64,000 bases of DNA from Eledone cirrhosa (GCA_964016885.1 OZ024744.1:99820001-99884000); one strand, 5' to 3'. Positions 25,821 to 40,660 are shown, counted from the stretch's first letter. Program-made: numbers and translations. The notes: a model not told the origin generated them from the letters alone.

Positions 25821-26780
25821 TATATAAAATTGCAAGTTTGAAGAATTATTAAATAAAATATATACAGTCTTTCCTCTCCCTAGTCCGTAGAAATCAACCA
25901 CTTAAATAATCATTTAAACGAGGCTATTAAGTTTAAAATGTAACTATGAAGAAATAATAGACAAATGATACAGACTATCTTCCGCGAGGGACAGCCAGAT
26001 AAAATGTATCTAATCATTTCTTGTAGCCCGTAGAAAATGACTAGAGAAATAATCAACTAAACGGAGTTAGGTCTAAAATAGAAATTAGAAGAAAAAATGT
26101 ATATAAACTTTACCAAAATTCCCCTAGTCCCGACTGCCGACAGTTTCGTTCCTTTTTTGCGGATATATCCGATCCTAGATTTATCCACGAGGCTTGGAGC
26201 TTATCAAGAGACACCTCGAGTCTGGACTAAAATTTCTACTGTGATCTCCGCTGCGCTTTCTAGCAACCAGCCTACTCGCCGCCTGGCAACCAATCACAAT
26301 CTTCTACCTCGACCACTAGCCACGTGATAATTCTTAGCCATTTTTGAATCATTTCTGGCGGGGATCACGGTAGAAATTTTAGTCCAGACTCGAGATGTCT
26401 CATGATAAGCTCCAAGCCTCGTGGATAAATCTAGGATCCGCAAAAAAGGAACGAAACTGTCGGCAGTCGGGACTAGGGGAATTTTGGTAAAGTTTATATG
26501 CATTTTTTCTTCTAATTTCTATTTTAGACCTAACTCCGTTTAGTTGATTATTTGTCTAGTCATTTACTACGGGCTACAAGAAATGATTAGATACATTTTA
26601 TCTGGCTGTCCCTCGCGGAAGATAGTCTGTATCATTTGTCTATTATTTCTTCATAGTTACATTTTAAACTTAATAGCCTCATTTAAATGATTATTTAAGT
26701 GGTTGATTTCTACGGACTAGGGAGAGGAAATACTGTATATATTTTATCTAATAATTTTTCAAACTTGCAATTTTATATAT
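25821..26780. mobile_element. Large fold-back (~430-bp arms) with a hammerhead in each arm (minus 26127-26212; plus 26397-26473)
   Basis: GTCTC-TTGATAA-GCTCC...GGAAC-GAAACTGtcggCAGTC-GGGAC; the plus-arm core reads ATGATAA. Confidence 0.85.
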
Positions 26781-26907
26781 AGCTCTGATTAATAATTATT
26801 TGCTTAATTAATTCTTCATTTAGCCACATTGTGAAAGGTAGCCACACTCATATATGTATCTGTGACTATGTCTAAATTTATACATATATCCCTATGAATT
26901 TGATGTA

Positions 26908-26950
<43 letters not shown>

Positions 26951-26956
<6 letters not shown>

Positions 26957-27882
26957 ATACTTTGGGAGGGTCATGTTGCCAATAAGGAGCACACGCACCA
27001 GTTGCTTTCACTTCAATTTATTATATATTTATAAATTTATAAACTTACAAATTTACAAACTTATAAATTTCTGGTTGGTTGGTTGGTTCCACAACCAGAT
27101 AGTTGTTTATATATAGTCATAGTCCTTTCGTCACACACTCTGTGACCTCTTCAGTGACTGGGGATTCCTTTCTTTGTTTCTGTGCCTTTCCTTTCTTCTA
27201 TCCTACGCCATTTTGTTTCTGTGTAGGCAAATTACAGAGGCAGTAAGCATAAAAGAATTACAACCAAAATTAAATAGAAAATATGAGTGGAACAGCAACA
27301 TCACAACTTACAATTAAGGACAAAATGAAAACACACACACACATAGAACAAACAACTTACAATTAAGGACAAAATGAAAACACACACAGGACAAAATGAA
27401 AACACACACACACATAGAACAAACAACTTACAATTAAGGACAAAATGAAAACACACACAGGACAAAATGAAAACACACACACACATAGAACAAACAACCA
27501 ACCAACAATAAATAAATAAATAAATAAACAAATAGATAAATGAACACAAACACACACAGACACCCGGATGTGGCGCATGCGCAAACTGAGCACACAACAC
27601 ACACACAGAAACAAAATGGCGTAGGATAGAAGAAAGGAAAGGCACAGAAACAAAGAAAGGAATCCCCAGTCACTGAAGAGGTCACAGAGTGTGTGACGAA
27701 ATGACTATGACTATATATAAACAACTATCTGGTTGTGGAACCAACCAACCAAGCAGAAATTTAATTTATAAGTTTGTAAATTTGTAAGTTTATAAATTTA
27801 TAAATATATAATAAATTGAAGTGAAAGCAACTGGTGCGTGTGTTTCTTATTGGCAACATGACCCTCCCAAAGTATAACAATA
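26951..27882. mobile_element. Fold-back (~275-bp arms) with hammerheads (minus 27115-27159; plus 27668-27712)
   Basis: AGTCA-CTGAAGA-GGTCACAgagtgTGTGAC-GAAATGACTA-TGACT; the spacer has short tandem repeats. Confidence 0.85.
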
Positions 27883-27956
27883 TCGGTTTCAACACACGAT
27901 TTCAGATAAAGAATCTTGCTAAACAAATTCAGAAACGAAATATATATATATACATA

Positions 27957-28665
<709 letters not shown>

Positions 28666-29904
28666 AAAAATAATTGTGTGTGTGTGCATGATGAATCCGT
28701 AATCGTGTGGGGAGTGGTGGGGACGTCATATTGACATACGGCGTTTCTAGGTCATTTTAAAACCTGACAGAACCCTGAATACAGCTGATTTCTTCCCGAG
28801 AAGGATAGAGAGAATGAGATAATTGAAGTGAGAAAGAGATATAGAGGAAGAATCAACCTCAGTACTTGACTGGTACTTTTTGTTGTTGACCGTTTGTATA
28901 TATATATATATATATACACACACACATAGCCTGTTTATTCTCATATGAGAATAAACGGGCTGTGTAGTTGCTGGATAAGGAATACTTATAAAAAGAGGAA
29001 AGCAAACGGGAGAAAATTTTCCTTCATCAGTTGTCTGCTGGGGGGTCTTGGACATTTCAACGCATTAAAGACAATATGTCTTACTCCAGCGCGTCAATAA
29101 CTCAAGGAAGTTATTGGGGAAAAAAGGAAAAGATTGAAAAAAATAGTAACAGAAGGGAAGAGGGAAGAAAAAAGGAAAAAGCAGCGAAAAAAGCGTGAAG
29201 ATAGTATTTAATGAGATATAAATGAGAATGATAATATTTGTATTTGCGTAGTGCGTATCAACAGAAATCACTAGTGAAGCAGTTTATTACATAAGATGAT
29301 GATGATGTATTAAGTCATCAGTATAGCAACATGTAAAAGTAACCAGTTTAGAAGTAAGATAAGATAAAGTTTACGGCAATTTATAGTTCGTTGTAACAGA
29401 ATTTATTAACAATGTTTAAAGTGAGAAGAGCTGTATTAAGCTTGGTAGGTGGGCATGCCGAAAGAAATGAACAAACAAATTAATATCTGTAAGAGAAGAC
29501 GCGGTCCAGTGGCTGAAGTGAGAAGCCAGACCGCGGTAATGTTTTGTAGTTACAGATTGGAATGATGTTTGCGGAGCAAAAGCAAATGGTTGTTTACCTT
29601 AGCAAGGTCAAACTGCAAGAGAATTAATTTATTAAAAGAAGCGGGAATTTTGGGCGGAAGTTGAGATACATATCCATACGCTGATAGCGATTGGCTTAAC
29701 TTAGCCAAATAACGTACGGGAAGGGTATCAATGCGCCAAAGGAAAGTAGCTTGCTACGAGCGAAAAAAATGGGAAGCAACAAACCGAAGAGCGAAACCCG
29801 AAACACATGCGTCCGAAACGTCGAAATTTCCTCCACTTCCACCAAGCGTGAACCTAATATAACTGTGTACAATTGCCTCCTGTGTTTTGCTTGTTCATTT
29901 TCAA

Positions 29905-30014
<110 letters not shown>

Positions 30015-30183
30015 AGAGTCCCGACGCCTGAGCTCCAGTCGCTTTGACATCTGAACTCGGATCTAGCTGTCGAAACGGCTGGAGCTCAGCCTGACTCTTT
30101 TCCTATGACCCACTCTACTACCCTAAGTATCGAGTACTCTGGTGCGTTATGGTCCACCTGGTATCTTACAACACCTTCTTTGT

Positions 30184-30231
<48 letters not shown>

Positions 30232-30901
30232 CGTGTGTGTGTGTGTGTGTGTGTATTGTTTAGAAAACGTGAGAGAAACACAAACATAAGAACAATTTCC
30301 GCTCTTCGGCTATCTGCTGTGCGTCGCTGATGCTTTGACGCATTAAAGACAATACATCTCACCACAGTGCTTTAATAACCACACGGTGCACAAATAGTTA
30401 AGAAATAATACTTCCATCTATATTGAATTTTTTTCAATTTTTTTTTACTTTGAAGGCTTGATGGTTGTATTTATTTATTCCACACAACATTAACTCCTTT
30501 GGACATTTTGGGAAAAAATTGTTATTATGACTAAATTATGTAGTCTTGTACCTGTCTGTACTCCCTGGCTATGCTACACATGCATCTAACCTTTTTAAAA
30601 TGTATCTTTTTAAATATATCTTTTTAAATATATATATTTTTAGAATTTAAATTTGATATGCACGCTTTTTCTTTTATTTACTTTCTCAACTATTTATGAT
30701 ATATAATTTTCACTGTACTTAATTTATCTGTAACATCATGTTTTTCAATTTTTTTACTGCATTTATCTGCTCCTATTTTCCTGTTTTTACCGCCTCAGTT
30801 ATTTTGATACTTGCGCTTATCTAACATCCCATATTATGTATCCTCCTAATGTTTTTGTGACAAAATTTTGATCTTATATTTGTGTTTGACTTTTGTTATC
30901 A

Positions 30902-30946
30902 ACTCCGACGAATCCGGCCTTGTTCTGGGATGAAACGATCATAAGT
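30902..30946 (+). ncRNA. Degenerate minimal hammerhead
   Basis: ACT-CCGACGA-ATCC...GGAT-GAAACGATCATA-AGT. Confidence 0.5.
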
Positions 30947-31066
30947 GATTAAATGTTTGAAAGTTTAAACACCCTTTGATTGTCATTTACATTGTATTTC
31001 AGCTCTGTATTATACTTATTATTTTACCTCGAGCTATTTTCATACTTGTACCTGGGTAATATTTAT

Positions 31067-31113
<47 letters not shown>

Positions 31114-31753
31114 CGGGTCACTTTTGAGTGCTACTGGTAACATGTAAACCAGTAGAACCTGTCGCATAGTCGGGTTGTCGGCGACTAAACCGGCAACCCC
31201 ATCAAGTTTACTTGGTAAGGAGAATGATTTTGGACATCCTGCAGGACAAAAACAAAACCTGACTAAGGGCGGAAGAACACATAAGAGTATAAGCTTCATA
31301 TAACTTCCTTCTTCGATGTGATCCGTCTCTTTTCTCTCCTCTTGTTGCTATCCTCTCTTTCCCCCTTCTCTCTCCTTCTCCCTCTTACTTTCGCTCACCC
31401 CCTCTGCTAGTCACCTTCTCTCGGCTAGCCTGCCACTATAACTATCTCTTTCTCGCTTCCTCTTTCTTTCACTCACTCCCTCTATGCTAGTCATCCACTC
31501 TCCGCTAGCTCACTTCCTCCCTCGTCCGCCACTGTACACAGTCTCTTCTCTTGCTAACACAGCTACAGCGAAGACGTCTTTTTCTCTTTTGTCAAACTCG
31601 CCAGTTCTTACATTCAAAATCAGTTATTGACTTGAAATTTTTCCTATTTTTCCTCTCTTTACGTTGCATCACCCTTCGTGTCTGTTTACATGTTTTTCTA
31701 CTACCCCCACCCCCTTTTTTAATCCCAATAACTTATTTTAGTTATTGTTCACT

Positions 31754-31804
31754 CTAGGCTGAGGTATCTTGTCTCCAACACGAAGAAATACCTATGATTC
31801 CTAG
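31754..31804 (+). ncRNA. Degenerate hammerhead after a pyrimidine-rich pLTR-like tract
   Basis: CTAGG-CTGAGGT-...-GAAATACCTATGATT-CCTAG. Confidence 0.4.
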
Positions 31805-31951
31805 CAGACAACTGGCGATGGGTATTCCCCTCTTTCGCCCGTAACTTTTATTTTTCATATATATATATATATATATATAAACATATACACACATACATAT
31901 ATATTATAGATAACGAGGAATCAGTGATGCATCAAAACACAATGTATTAAC

Positions 31952-32039
31952 ATATTACATATGTTTCTCCGACAATCAGCTCAAGGCAGGATCTGTTACA
32001 GATCGAACCTGACTCTGCATTCGCCAGGTCTTCAGATAT
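31952..32039 (-). ncRNA. Hammerhead with long stem II (related to the 1704-1926 family)
   Basis: ATAT-CTGAAGA-[~60 nt containing GGTTCGATCT and CCTTGAGCTGAT]-GAAACATATGTA-ATAT. Confidence 0.6.
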
Positions 32040-32113
32040 ATTTTGCGCTTTCAAAGCATTTCAACCTATTCAAATGGCACACCAGCTACGGACGCATTTA
32101 TTGCAACCATACA

Positions 32114-32520
<407 letters not shown>

Positions 32521-32620
32521 TAAGTTCTGGTATATCAAATTATTACCATAAAACCACCTTAAATCATAGACACTATATATTTCCGGGGGTACATTGTACC
32601 CTCAGATATATATTAACCTT

Positions 32621-32687
<67 letters not shown>

Positions 32688-33377
32688 AACTACGTCGTGC
32701 CTCACAAAAGCAACATTTTTCATATGCAATAAGGTCAAACTGACCAATGGGAAATTGCGTATGAATACATGGTCAATCGTACTCTCGCTCTCTGGTGAAA
32801 AACCTCAGACAGCACTCGAGAGACCAGACAGACCGAGCTGACCAGGAGATGTTACGGACGTGTGAAGAATTATTGTAAAATGACTCCTACATTCCTTTCG
32901 ACAAATAAAATTATATTTATAGAGGATTGAGCGTTAAAGAGCCATTTATTTATATCCTGGAAGTCAGAAGCATTTACTACCAATGAGAAGCTACCAACTC
33001 TTCGATTAAGGTATTTCAATTATATCGCTTATAAATCCTTCGAAGACTGATAACATGCAATTGTAAACGGATATAGATAGAATTTAACCCCTCATCTTAT
33101 CTATAAAATGGTGACCCGACTGTAAAGAATACATCCTTCATACACATAAAAAAAAGAAAAAAAGTCGAGCTTACAATAACACGATATTTCCTTCGCACAT
33201 GGCATTTTTGTCCAATATAGCGACTCACCTCCTTCTTCTTCACTGATTCCCGTGCTTTTACTTTGGCCGACATAAGCGCACTTACTGTTGCAAGGATACT
33301 ACGGAACTTAAAAAATTATTTTTACATGCTTTGATCACAACTATTTTGTTAAAGTTTACGAACGTCTTTCTTCAACA

Positions 33378-34112
33378 ATGTCAAGTAATTCACTACTGGT
33401 TTTTTGCGGGAATGTGCGAATCTGGCTAGCAGAAATAGAATCATTTTTCCTCGCACACAATATTTCGTCCGACTCTAGACAGTTCCATCTTTTACTGAGT
33501 GACATTCCTGCTTCCTTAACACCAACGGTTAAGGACTTGATTACCAACCCGGCTCCGGAGGCTACCTATAGCTGCATAAAAAAAGACATCCTTAACCGCA
33601 CTTCTTTCTCGGCGGAAAGGAAGTTTAGCACTCTAGTTAACGATGTACACCTTGGCGACTATACACCTACACAGCTCTTACGGAGGATGAGAGAGCTGGC
33701 AGAAGACAGCGCCATGATCAAGCAGCTTTTCTTCTCTAGGCTGCCGCTTAATGTCCAGGTCATTTTAGCAGCGATGACCGAAACCAGTTCGGTGGATCAG
33801 TTGGCGTCATCCGCTGATAACATTTTGGAGTACTCCGGCAATTCGACCACTACTACCCCATCACGACGTGCAACAAATGCTTCACCTTTTCCTGTCGCAT
33901 CAGTTTCAGCCAGCGCCACTTCGACCAACGAAGCAACACTAAAGGCCATCCGTGAGCTTACGAAGGAGATACAACTTCTTCGTTTATCCAGATCGAGATC
34001 TCCCCGACAACGGTCGCGGAATTGCTCGAATTCTTCACGTCGTCGTTTCCAACCTTCACCATCACGAGCATGCTTTTACCATAACCGTTTCGGAGCCTCT
34101 GCTCATAAATGA
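33378..34112 (+). pseudogene. gag: Gypsy gag
   Basis: W...IES.F motif, LGDYTPTQLLRRM, LFFSRLP..VQ..L and CFYHNRFG..A. Confidence 0.85.
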
Positions 34113-36730
34113 ATCCAGCCTCGTTCCTTTTCACTCCGGGTAAACGAAGTAACGGAGAATTAAGCACAACGTCTTCTCCGCAATTCTGTACTGAAAGTCG
34201 TCCATTTTTCATTACTGATTCCTTCTCGCACGCACACTGCCTCATCGACACGGGTGCGTCTTGCAGCATTTGGCCGTTAAAACTCTTGAAAGAGAAACCT
34301 CCTCTCTCACACATATCACTACAAGCTATAAACCATTCAGCTACGTATGGACAAATCTCTCGCTCTTTGGACCTGGATTTACGTAGAAATTTCTCATGGA
34401 TTTTCACCATAGTTGATTTGCCAATTCCTATTCTGGGTGCTGATTTTTTGCATCATTTCAATCTTATGGTTGATATGCGGACACGTCGTTTATTGGACGC
34501 AACTACGAATCTTTCTGCGCTTGGACGTACTTCAGTAATCCAGTCTATCAGTCCAGTCTTCTACATCGCTGCTTCGGATGACCCGTATCATGCGCTTTTG
34601 CATTCCTTTCCGGAATTAACGAACCTGAACTTTGTGGTAGATACCCCTACTCACTCTATCAAACATTTTATTGAGACTAAGGGTGCTCCAGTTTTTCCAC
34701 GCCCGCGTCGCCTTGCTCCGGAAAAATTGAAAGCGGCTAAGGCAGAGTTTAACCATATGCTGCAGTTGGGTATCATTCGCCCTTCTTCCAGTCCGTGGGC
34801 CTCGCCTTTGCACATGGTGTCGAAACGTTCGGGAGACTGGCGTCCCACTGGAGATTTTTGGCGATTAAATTCGATCACCGTGCCGGACCGTTACCCAATT
34901 CCTTACATCCAGGATTTTACTTCTTCGCTTCATGGATGTACTATCTTTTCAAAATTGGACCTGATCAGAGCATACCATCAAATTCCTGTGAATCATGCGG
35001 ACATTCCTAAAACTGCTGTTACTAAACCTTTCGGTGCATACGAGTTTTTATCAATGCCTTTTGGACTACGCAATGCTGCTAGTACCTTCCAGCGATTTAT
35101 GGATGAAGTCGTCCGCGGCCTGGATTTTGTATATTGTTACATCGACGATATTCTCATCGCGAGTGCTTCACCGGAGGACCATATCTCGCACCTCCACCAA
35201 CTGTTTGAACGATTTAGGCAGTACCAAGTTCGCATTAACCCTGCGAAGTGTATTTTTGGTGCTGCTTCACTCGTCTTTTTAGGCCACGTGATAAACTCTG
35301 AGGGAATATTCCCACTTCCCAAGAAAGTGAAGCCTCTTCAGGACCCCCCCCCCCCGCCTACTTCTTTGCGACAACTCCTGGGCCTCCTAAATTATTATCG
35401 TCGGTTTATCCCGCATTCCGCAGAACTCTTAGCTCCACTATCTGATCGCCTGTGTAACTGAAAGAAGAACGAGCCAATCGCTTTGGGACCCATGCAACTT
35501 GAAGCATTCTCCAAAGCTAAACAGAATTTAGCAAACGCACCTCTGCTTGCTCACCCTGTGTCTGGTGCCCAGTTTTCGCTGGTTGTTGATGCATCGGGCA
35601 CAGCGGTAGGTGCAGTATTGCAACAGGACCACCAACAACAGCTTCAACCTCTTGCTTTCTTTTCTAAGCAGCTGAAGCCTGCCGAATCCCGCTATACCAC
35701 CTTCAGCCGCGAACTGTTAGCCATTTTCCTTGCTGTGAAACACTTTCGGCATTCACTGGAAGGCCGACAGTTTACGATCTATACTGACCATTGTCCACTT
35801 ACGTTCACACTCAGTTCCAATCCGGACAAATACTCACCTCGAGAAACTCGTCACTTGGACTTCATATCCCAGTTTATGAATGACATTCGTCATATACCGG
35901 GTGAACAAAACACAGCGGCGGATGCCTTAACTCGCCTGCCCATCAATGCTTTGTCAGCACCTGCGACTGTTGACTTGCATATTATGGCTGCAGAGCAGCC
36001 CACACTAGAGTCATTGGATCTGTCTTCACCTGAATTTGCAACCTGAAAATTTAAATACCTGCCTGTACCCACTTCGGACTCTCAGATTCTGTGTGATACT
36101 GCGACAGATTCACCTCGCCCTCTGGTAGCAGAGACTCATCGTCGAATAGTTTTTGATTCTCTACATAGTTTGGCACACCCCGGAATTTCCACCACAGTGA
36201 AACTCATTTCAGCTAGATTCTTCTGGTCGCGTTCCTGTTTATCTTGTGAAGGTACATAAACATTCGCGCACCACTCGACACATTTAGCACACCTGGCGCA
36301 CGTTTTTGTCACATACACATTGATATCGTGGGACCTTGGCCTGCTAGTCGTGGATGTTCATACATCCTGATCTGTATTGACCGTTTCACCCGATGGCCTG
36401 AAGCCATTCCTCTGAGTGACATTACTGCTGAATTTGTAGCGTGAGCCCTGGTTTCAGGCTGGATATCGCCCTATGGGGTTCCTACCACTATAACTACAGA
36501 TCGTGGTAGGCAGTTTGAATCCCAACTTTTCAGGGATATATCGAATATGATCAGTGCTCAACGCAACAGGACTACCAGTTACCACCCTGCATCTAATGGA
36601 ATGGTAAAGCGTTTTCATCGCCAGTTAAAGGCCGCATTGCGTGCCTATCCGGAAACTCTACATTGGAGCGACTACCTCCCCATAGTACTACTCGATATCC
36701 GCACTTCAATGAAAGAGGACTTTGGATTCT
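34109..36730 (+). pseudogene. pol: Gypsy pol (protease, RT, RNase H, integrase) with stops and frameshifts
   Basis: [45 protein letters not shown] and RTTSYHPASNGMVKRFHR. Confidence 0.92.
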
Positions 36731-37248
36731 CTTTTTTCTTCATTTTTGTATTTGCTTTGCATGACATATGTTACCTTTGCAGACAATTTCTCCTCATTTT
36801 TATCGATTGCTTTCCAGTCTAAGCAGAGGGTGATGTAGTAGAACTATGTCGCACCTCGCAATAGCAACATTTTCATATACAATAAGGTCAAACTGACCAA
36901 TAGGAAATTGCGTATGAATACATGGTCAAACTCACTCTCGCTCTCTGGTGAAAAACCTCAGACAGCACTCGAGAGACCAGACAGACCGAGCTGGCCAGGA
37001 GATGATACGGACGTGTGAAGAATTATTGTAAAATGACTCCTACATTCCTTTCGACAAATAAAATTATATTTATAGAGAATTGAGCGTTAAAGAGCCATTT
37101 ATTTATATCCTGGAAGTCAGAAGCATTTACTACCAATGAGAAGCTACCAACTCTTCGATTAAGGTATTTCAATTATATCGCTTATAAATCCTTCGAAAAC
37201 TGATAACATGCAATTGTAAAAGGATATAGATAACATTTAACCCTTAAT

Positions 37249-37310
<62 letters not shown>

Positions 37311-37314
<4 letters not shown>

Positions 37315-37545
37315 AACTCTGGATGTCGGTGAGCATGTCCAGCTAAACTCAGTCTCCTTTGGGAGCCCCTACATGGACACTCTAGAAGAGGAAGACCAAG
37401 GTTAACGTATGTTGATGCCCTAAGGACAGACACTGGTCTGTTGGAGACGCAGGACATGGCAGCGATAATGAAGGACAGAGACCGCTGGAGAGAACTCGTC
37501 CATGGATCTCGGGAATTTTACCCGCCTTAGATAGATACGTAGATA
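37311..37545 (+). mobile_element. RTEX-like LINE 3' end with short 5' inversion
   Basis: Minus 37311-37360 encodes RRLSLAGHAHRHPELT; plus 37354-37530 encodes WEPLHG...; (TAGA)n tail. Confidence 0.8.
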
Positions 37546-37654
37546 GATATATATATACATATATATATATATATACATATATATATAGAGAGAGATCCTG
37601 TTAAGGGTGAAAGCAGCGATTCTTTGCTTAAACTTTAATCTGTTATTTTAATTA

Positions 37655-37724
<70 letters not shown>

Positions 37725-38418
37725 TCGGGTGATCGACAAATAAACCGGTACCCCCCACCAGACCCTAGTCTGACGAGGAAAGTAAGTGGAACCCCAGCAG
37801 CACAAAAACAAGACCTGTCAAAGGACAGATGAAATCGACAGAGTCAACGGTCATCCACCCCGACTATGAGTTAAATAACCTCACCAACCTACAATTAGTC
37901 AAGCGTGGTGAGTATAGCTACACTCTTTGGTGAGGTTAAACTCCATGACAATAACACATGTAACCCTCGTAACTGTCCTACTATCTTGCCTTGGTTTGTC
38001 ACTTGACATACAACTGCTGGGATGGAGTGGGTGTTTTGTGTGCAGCAAAACACGTAAGCATTGTTATCTTTATGTGAAGATATTTCTTCACAAGTCCCAC
38101 AGCGATGTTGGAGTGGCAACGTATGCAATACAACCGGTTAGAAGCACATAGTTATAAATCTATACGTGGGCAGCTTGAGTCTTATCTTAATGTCACAGGA
38201 CTGTTAACCTGAACAGCAAAATGCTTCTCAGCAGCCCTTTTAGGTGACGTACTGCTCCCCCATGCCACGTACAAAGGGTCTAGAAAAGGTGACCAAAAGA
38301 AAGCCTGTTTAGTCATCAAACTGATCAGCAGCCTGCTGTTGGCGATGGTTCGTAACAGCAGGGAATTCATTGAAGAGATTGTCGTCTTCTGTAAAGAAGT
38401 GACAGTTATCATGATATA

Positions 38419-39729
38419 CGAGGCGGGGTCAAAAAGTTCGCGGAATTTTATCGTAGTAAGAAAAAAATAGATTAAAACAATATTAAACATGTCAGAACAT
38501 TGTCACTGGGTGTTTACCTTGCTATTAGTCACTTGCAGTCAGTCATGCGCGGACTATTGTACAGTACTGACACTCTTTAAAAAACCTCTTTTTGGAACAA
38601 TGGAAAATAGTTATTTTGAGATAAGATCGAATATCAAGTTTCTGGTGAAACTCAAATGGAAAGGAACACAGATTATGGAGGCTTTAGTTAAAGTTTACGG
38701 TACTACTGCTCCAAAGTAAACTGCTGTCTACAAGTGGATTCAGCGATTCAAACAAGGGAGAGACGACCTTGAAGACGACCATCACAGTGGAAGACTGGGA
38801 ACATCAAAACATGACCAAAACGTTGAGGCTGCTCAGACTTTAATTGAAGAAGATCGAAGAATAACAGTTAATCAGTTAGCTAAGTCCCTAGACATTTCAT
38901 ATGGCTCGGCAAATTCAATTCTGCACGATAATTTGGGACTAAGCAAGCTTTCAGCGCGATGGGTCCCAAAAGCGTTGCGCCCTGATCAGCTGATTCTTCG
39001 AAGTGATCTGTCTTTGGCGATATTAAACAAAATTGAAGTTGATGAAGAGCATTTCCTGACCAGAATCATCACCGGAGATGAAACCTGGATCTACCAGTAT
39101 GATCCTGAATCCAAACAGCAGTTAAAACAGTGGCTTCCACGTGGATCATCGGGGCCAATCAAGTTCAAATCTCAAAAGTCGGATCAAAAAGTGATGGCCA
39201 CCATTTTCTGGGATTCAGATGGGGTGATACTAATAGATTATCTTGAAGGTCAAAGAACTGTGACAGGAGCTTACTATGAAAATGTTTTAAGGAAGCTGAA
39301 AGAGGTATTAGTCAAGAAACGAAAAGGGAAACTTCATGGTGGGATCTTGTTTCACCATGACAATGCACCAGCGCATTCTGCGTGGGTTGCAAAAGAAGTT
39401 CTTCGAGAATTTCGATGGGAAGTGCTTCCTCACCCGCCTTATAGTCCAGATTTAGCCCCATCAGACTTTTTCCTCTTTCCAAAACTCAAAGAAATGCTAA
39501 AAGGAACCCGTTTTAGTGGTGTTGAAGAAGCTAAAAACACTGCCAACACATGGCTTCGAACAAGGCCTTCAACTTTCTTTAGAGACGGCTTACAAAGCTG
39601 GAAGCATCGCCTTGTCAAGTGTATTGACCTGGATGGTAACTATGTAGAAAAATAAATTGAAGGCAAATCATATTTTTTGAAAAATAGAATATTTTCTGAA
39701 AAATTCCGCGAACTTTTTGATCCCCCCTC

Positions 39730-39730
<1 letters not shown>
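38419..39730 (+). mobile_element. Mariner transposon, Hsmar2/irritans-like
   Basis: TIRs CGAGGCGGGGTCAAAAAGTTCGCGGAATTT and AAATTCCGCGAACTTTTTGATCCCCCCTCG; TA target duplication. Confidence 0.95.
38600..39655 (+). pseudogene. Mariner DD34D transposase with one in-frame stop (38717-38719)
   Basis: WVPKAL, TGDETW, HHDNAPAH and YSPDLAPSDF; the frame is otherwise continuous from ATG 38600. Confidence 0.92.
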
Positions 39731-39770
<40 letters not shown>

Positions 39771-39775
<5 letters not shown>

Positions 39776-40660
39776 GGAAAAAATGAAACGAAATTTCATT
39801 TCTCACTCTTAGTACGGCTGTTACTTAAATATAAGTATGTACACGTACATACATATATGTGTACAGACGTACAGTAGTATGTATATATATATATATACAT
39901 ACATTCACACATATATATATGTACGTATGGATTCACCGAACATTTATTATAATGCTCGGTGTGTTTGTAAACAAACATCCCGAATTAAGCCGTACAGTGT
40001 CTAGCAACCATCATTGCTCGTTTGTTCAACACTGACAAAGGAACGCTGTACTAGTTTCAAGCTTATTAGCTATCGTCAGCAACCTATACCTTCCTGCCAG
40101 ATTGTTGAACGTATATACTTACCTTATGCATATTAACGGCTGAGTAGCCCAATTTGCATATCGAGTGGGTTAATCGGCCGGGTGCACCGAAAACGATAAA
40201 CGGAAAAAATGAAACGAAATTTCATTTCCCACTCTTAGTACGGCTGATACTTAAATATAAGTATGTACACGTACATACATATATGTATACAGACGTACAG
40301 TAGTATGTATATATATATATATACATACATGCACACATATATATATGTACGTATGGATTCTCCGAACATTTATTATAATGCTCGGTGTGTTTGTAATCTG
40401 GCAGGAAGGTATACGTTGCTGACGATAGCTAATAAGCTTGAAACTAGTACAGCGTTGCTTTGTCAGTGTTGAACAAACGAGCAACGATGTAGACACTGTA
40501 CGGCTTAATTCGGGATGTTTGTTTACAAACACACCGAGCATTATAATAAATGTTCGGTGAATCCATACGTACATATATATATGTGTGTACATGTATGTAT
40601 ATATATATATACATACTATTGTACGTCTGTATACATATATGTATGTACGTGTACATACTT
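39771..40660. mobile_element. Tandem plus inverted pLTR-like element with hammerheads (minus 40043-40084; plus 40413-40456)
   Basis: ACGTTG-CTGACGA-TAGCtaataaGCTT-GAAACTAGTA-CAGCGT; unit copies at 39771-40103 and 40197-40396, inverted copy at 40392-40660. Confidence 0.85.

Larger units (their letters stand above)
32681..37255 (+). mobile_element. Ty3/Gypsy LTR retrotransposon, near full length, decayed
   Basis: LTRs ~32681-33105 and ~36834-37255; PBS TGGTGACCCGAC at 33109; PPT AAGCAGAGGG at 36821; domain order gag-PR-RT-RNaseH-IN. Confidence 0.95.

Noticed and set aside
25821-26780. Fold-backs as MITE or Foldback DNA transposons
   Set aside because: Arms are often unequal, termini are not conserved between families and no typical target duplications are visible; ribozyme motifs and polyA signals point to a retroelement origin.
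37785-37830. CTGACGA hammerhead core
   Set aside because: No stem II-GAAA-UH downstream.
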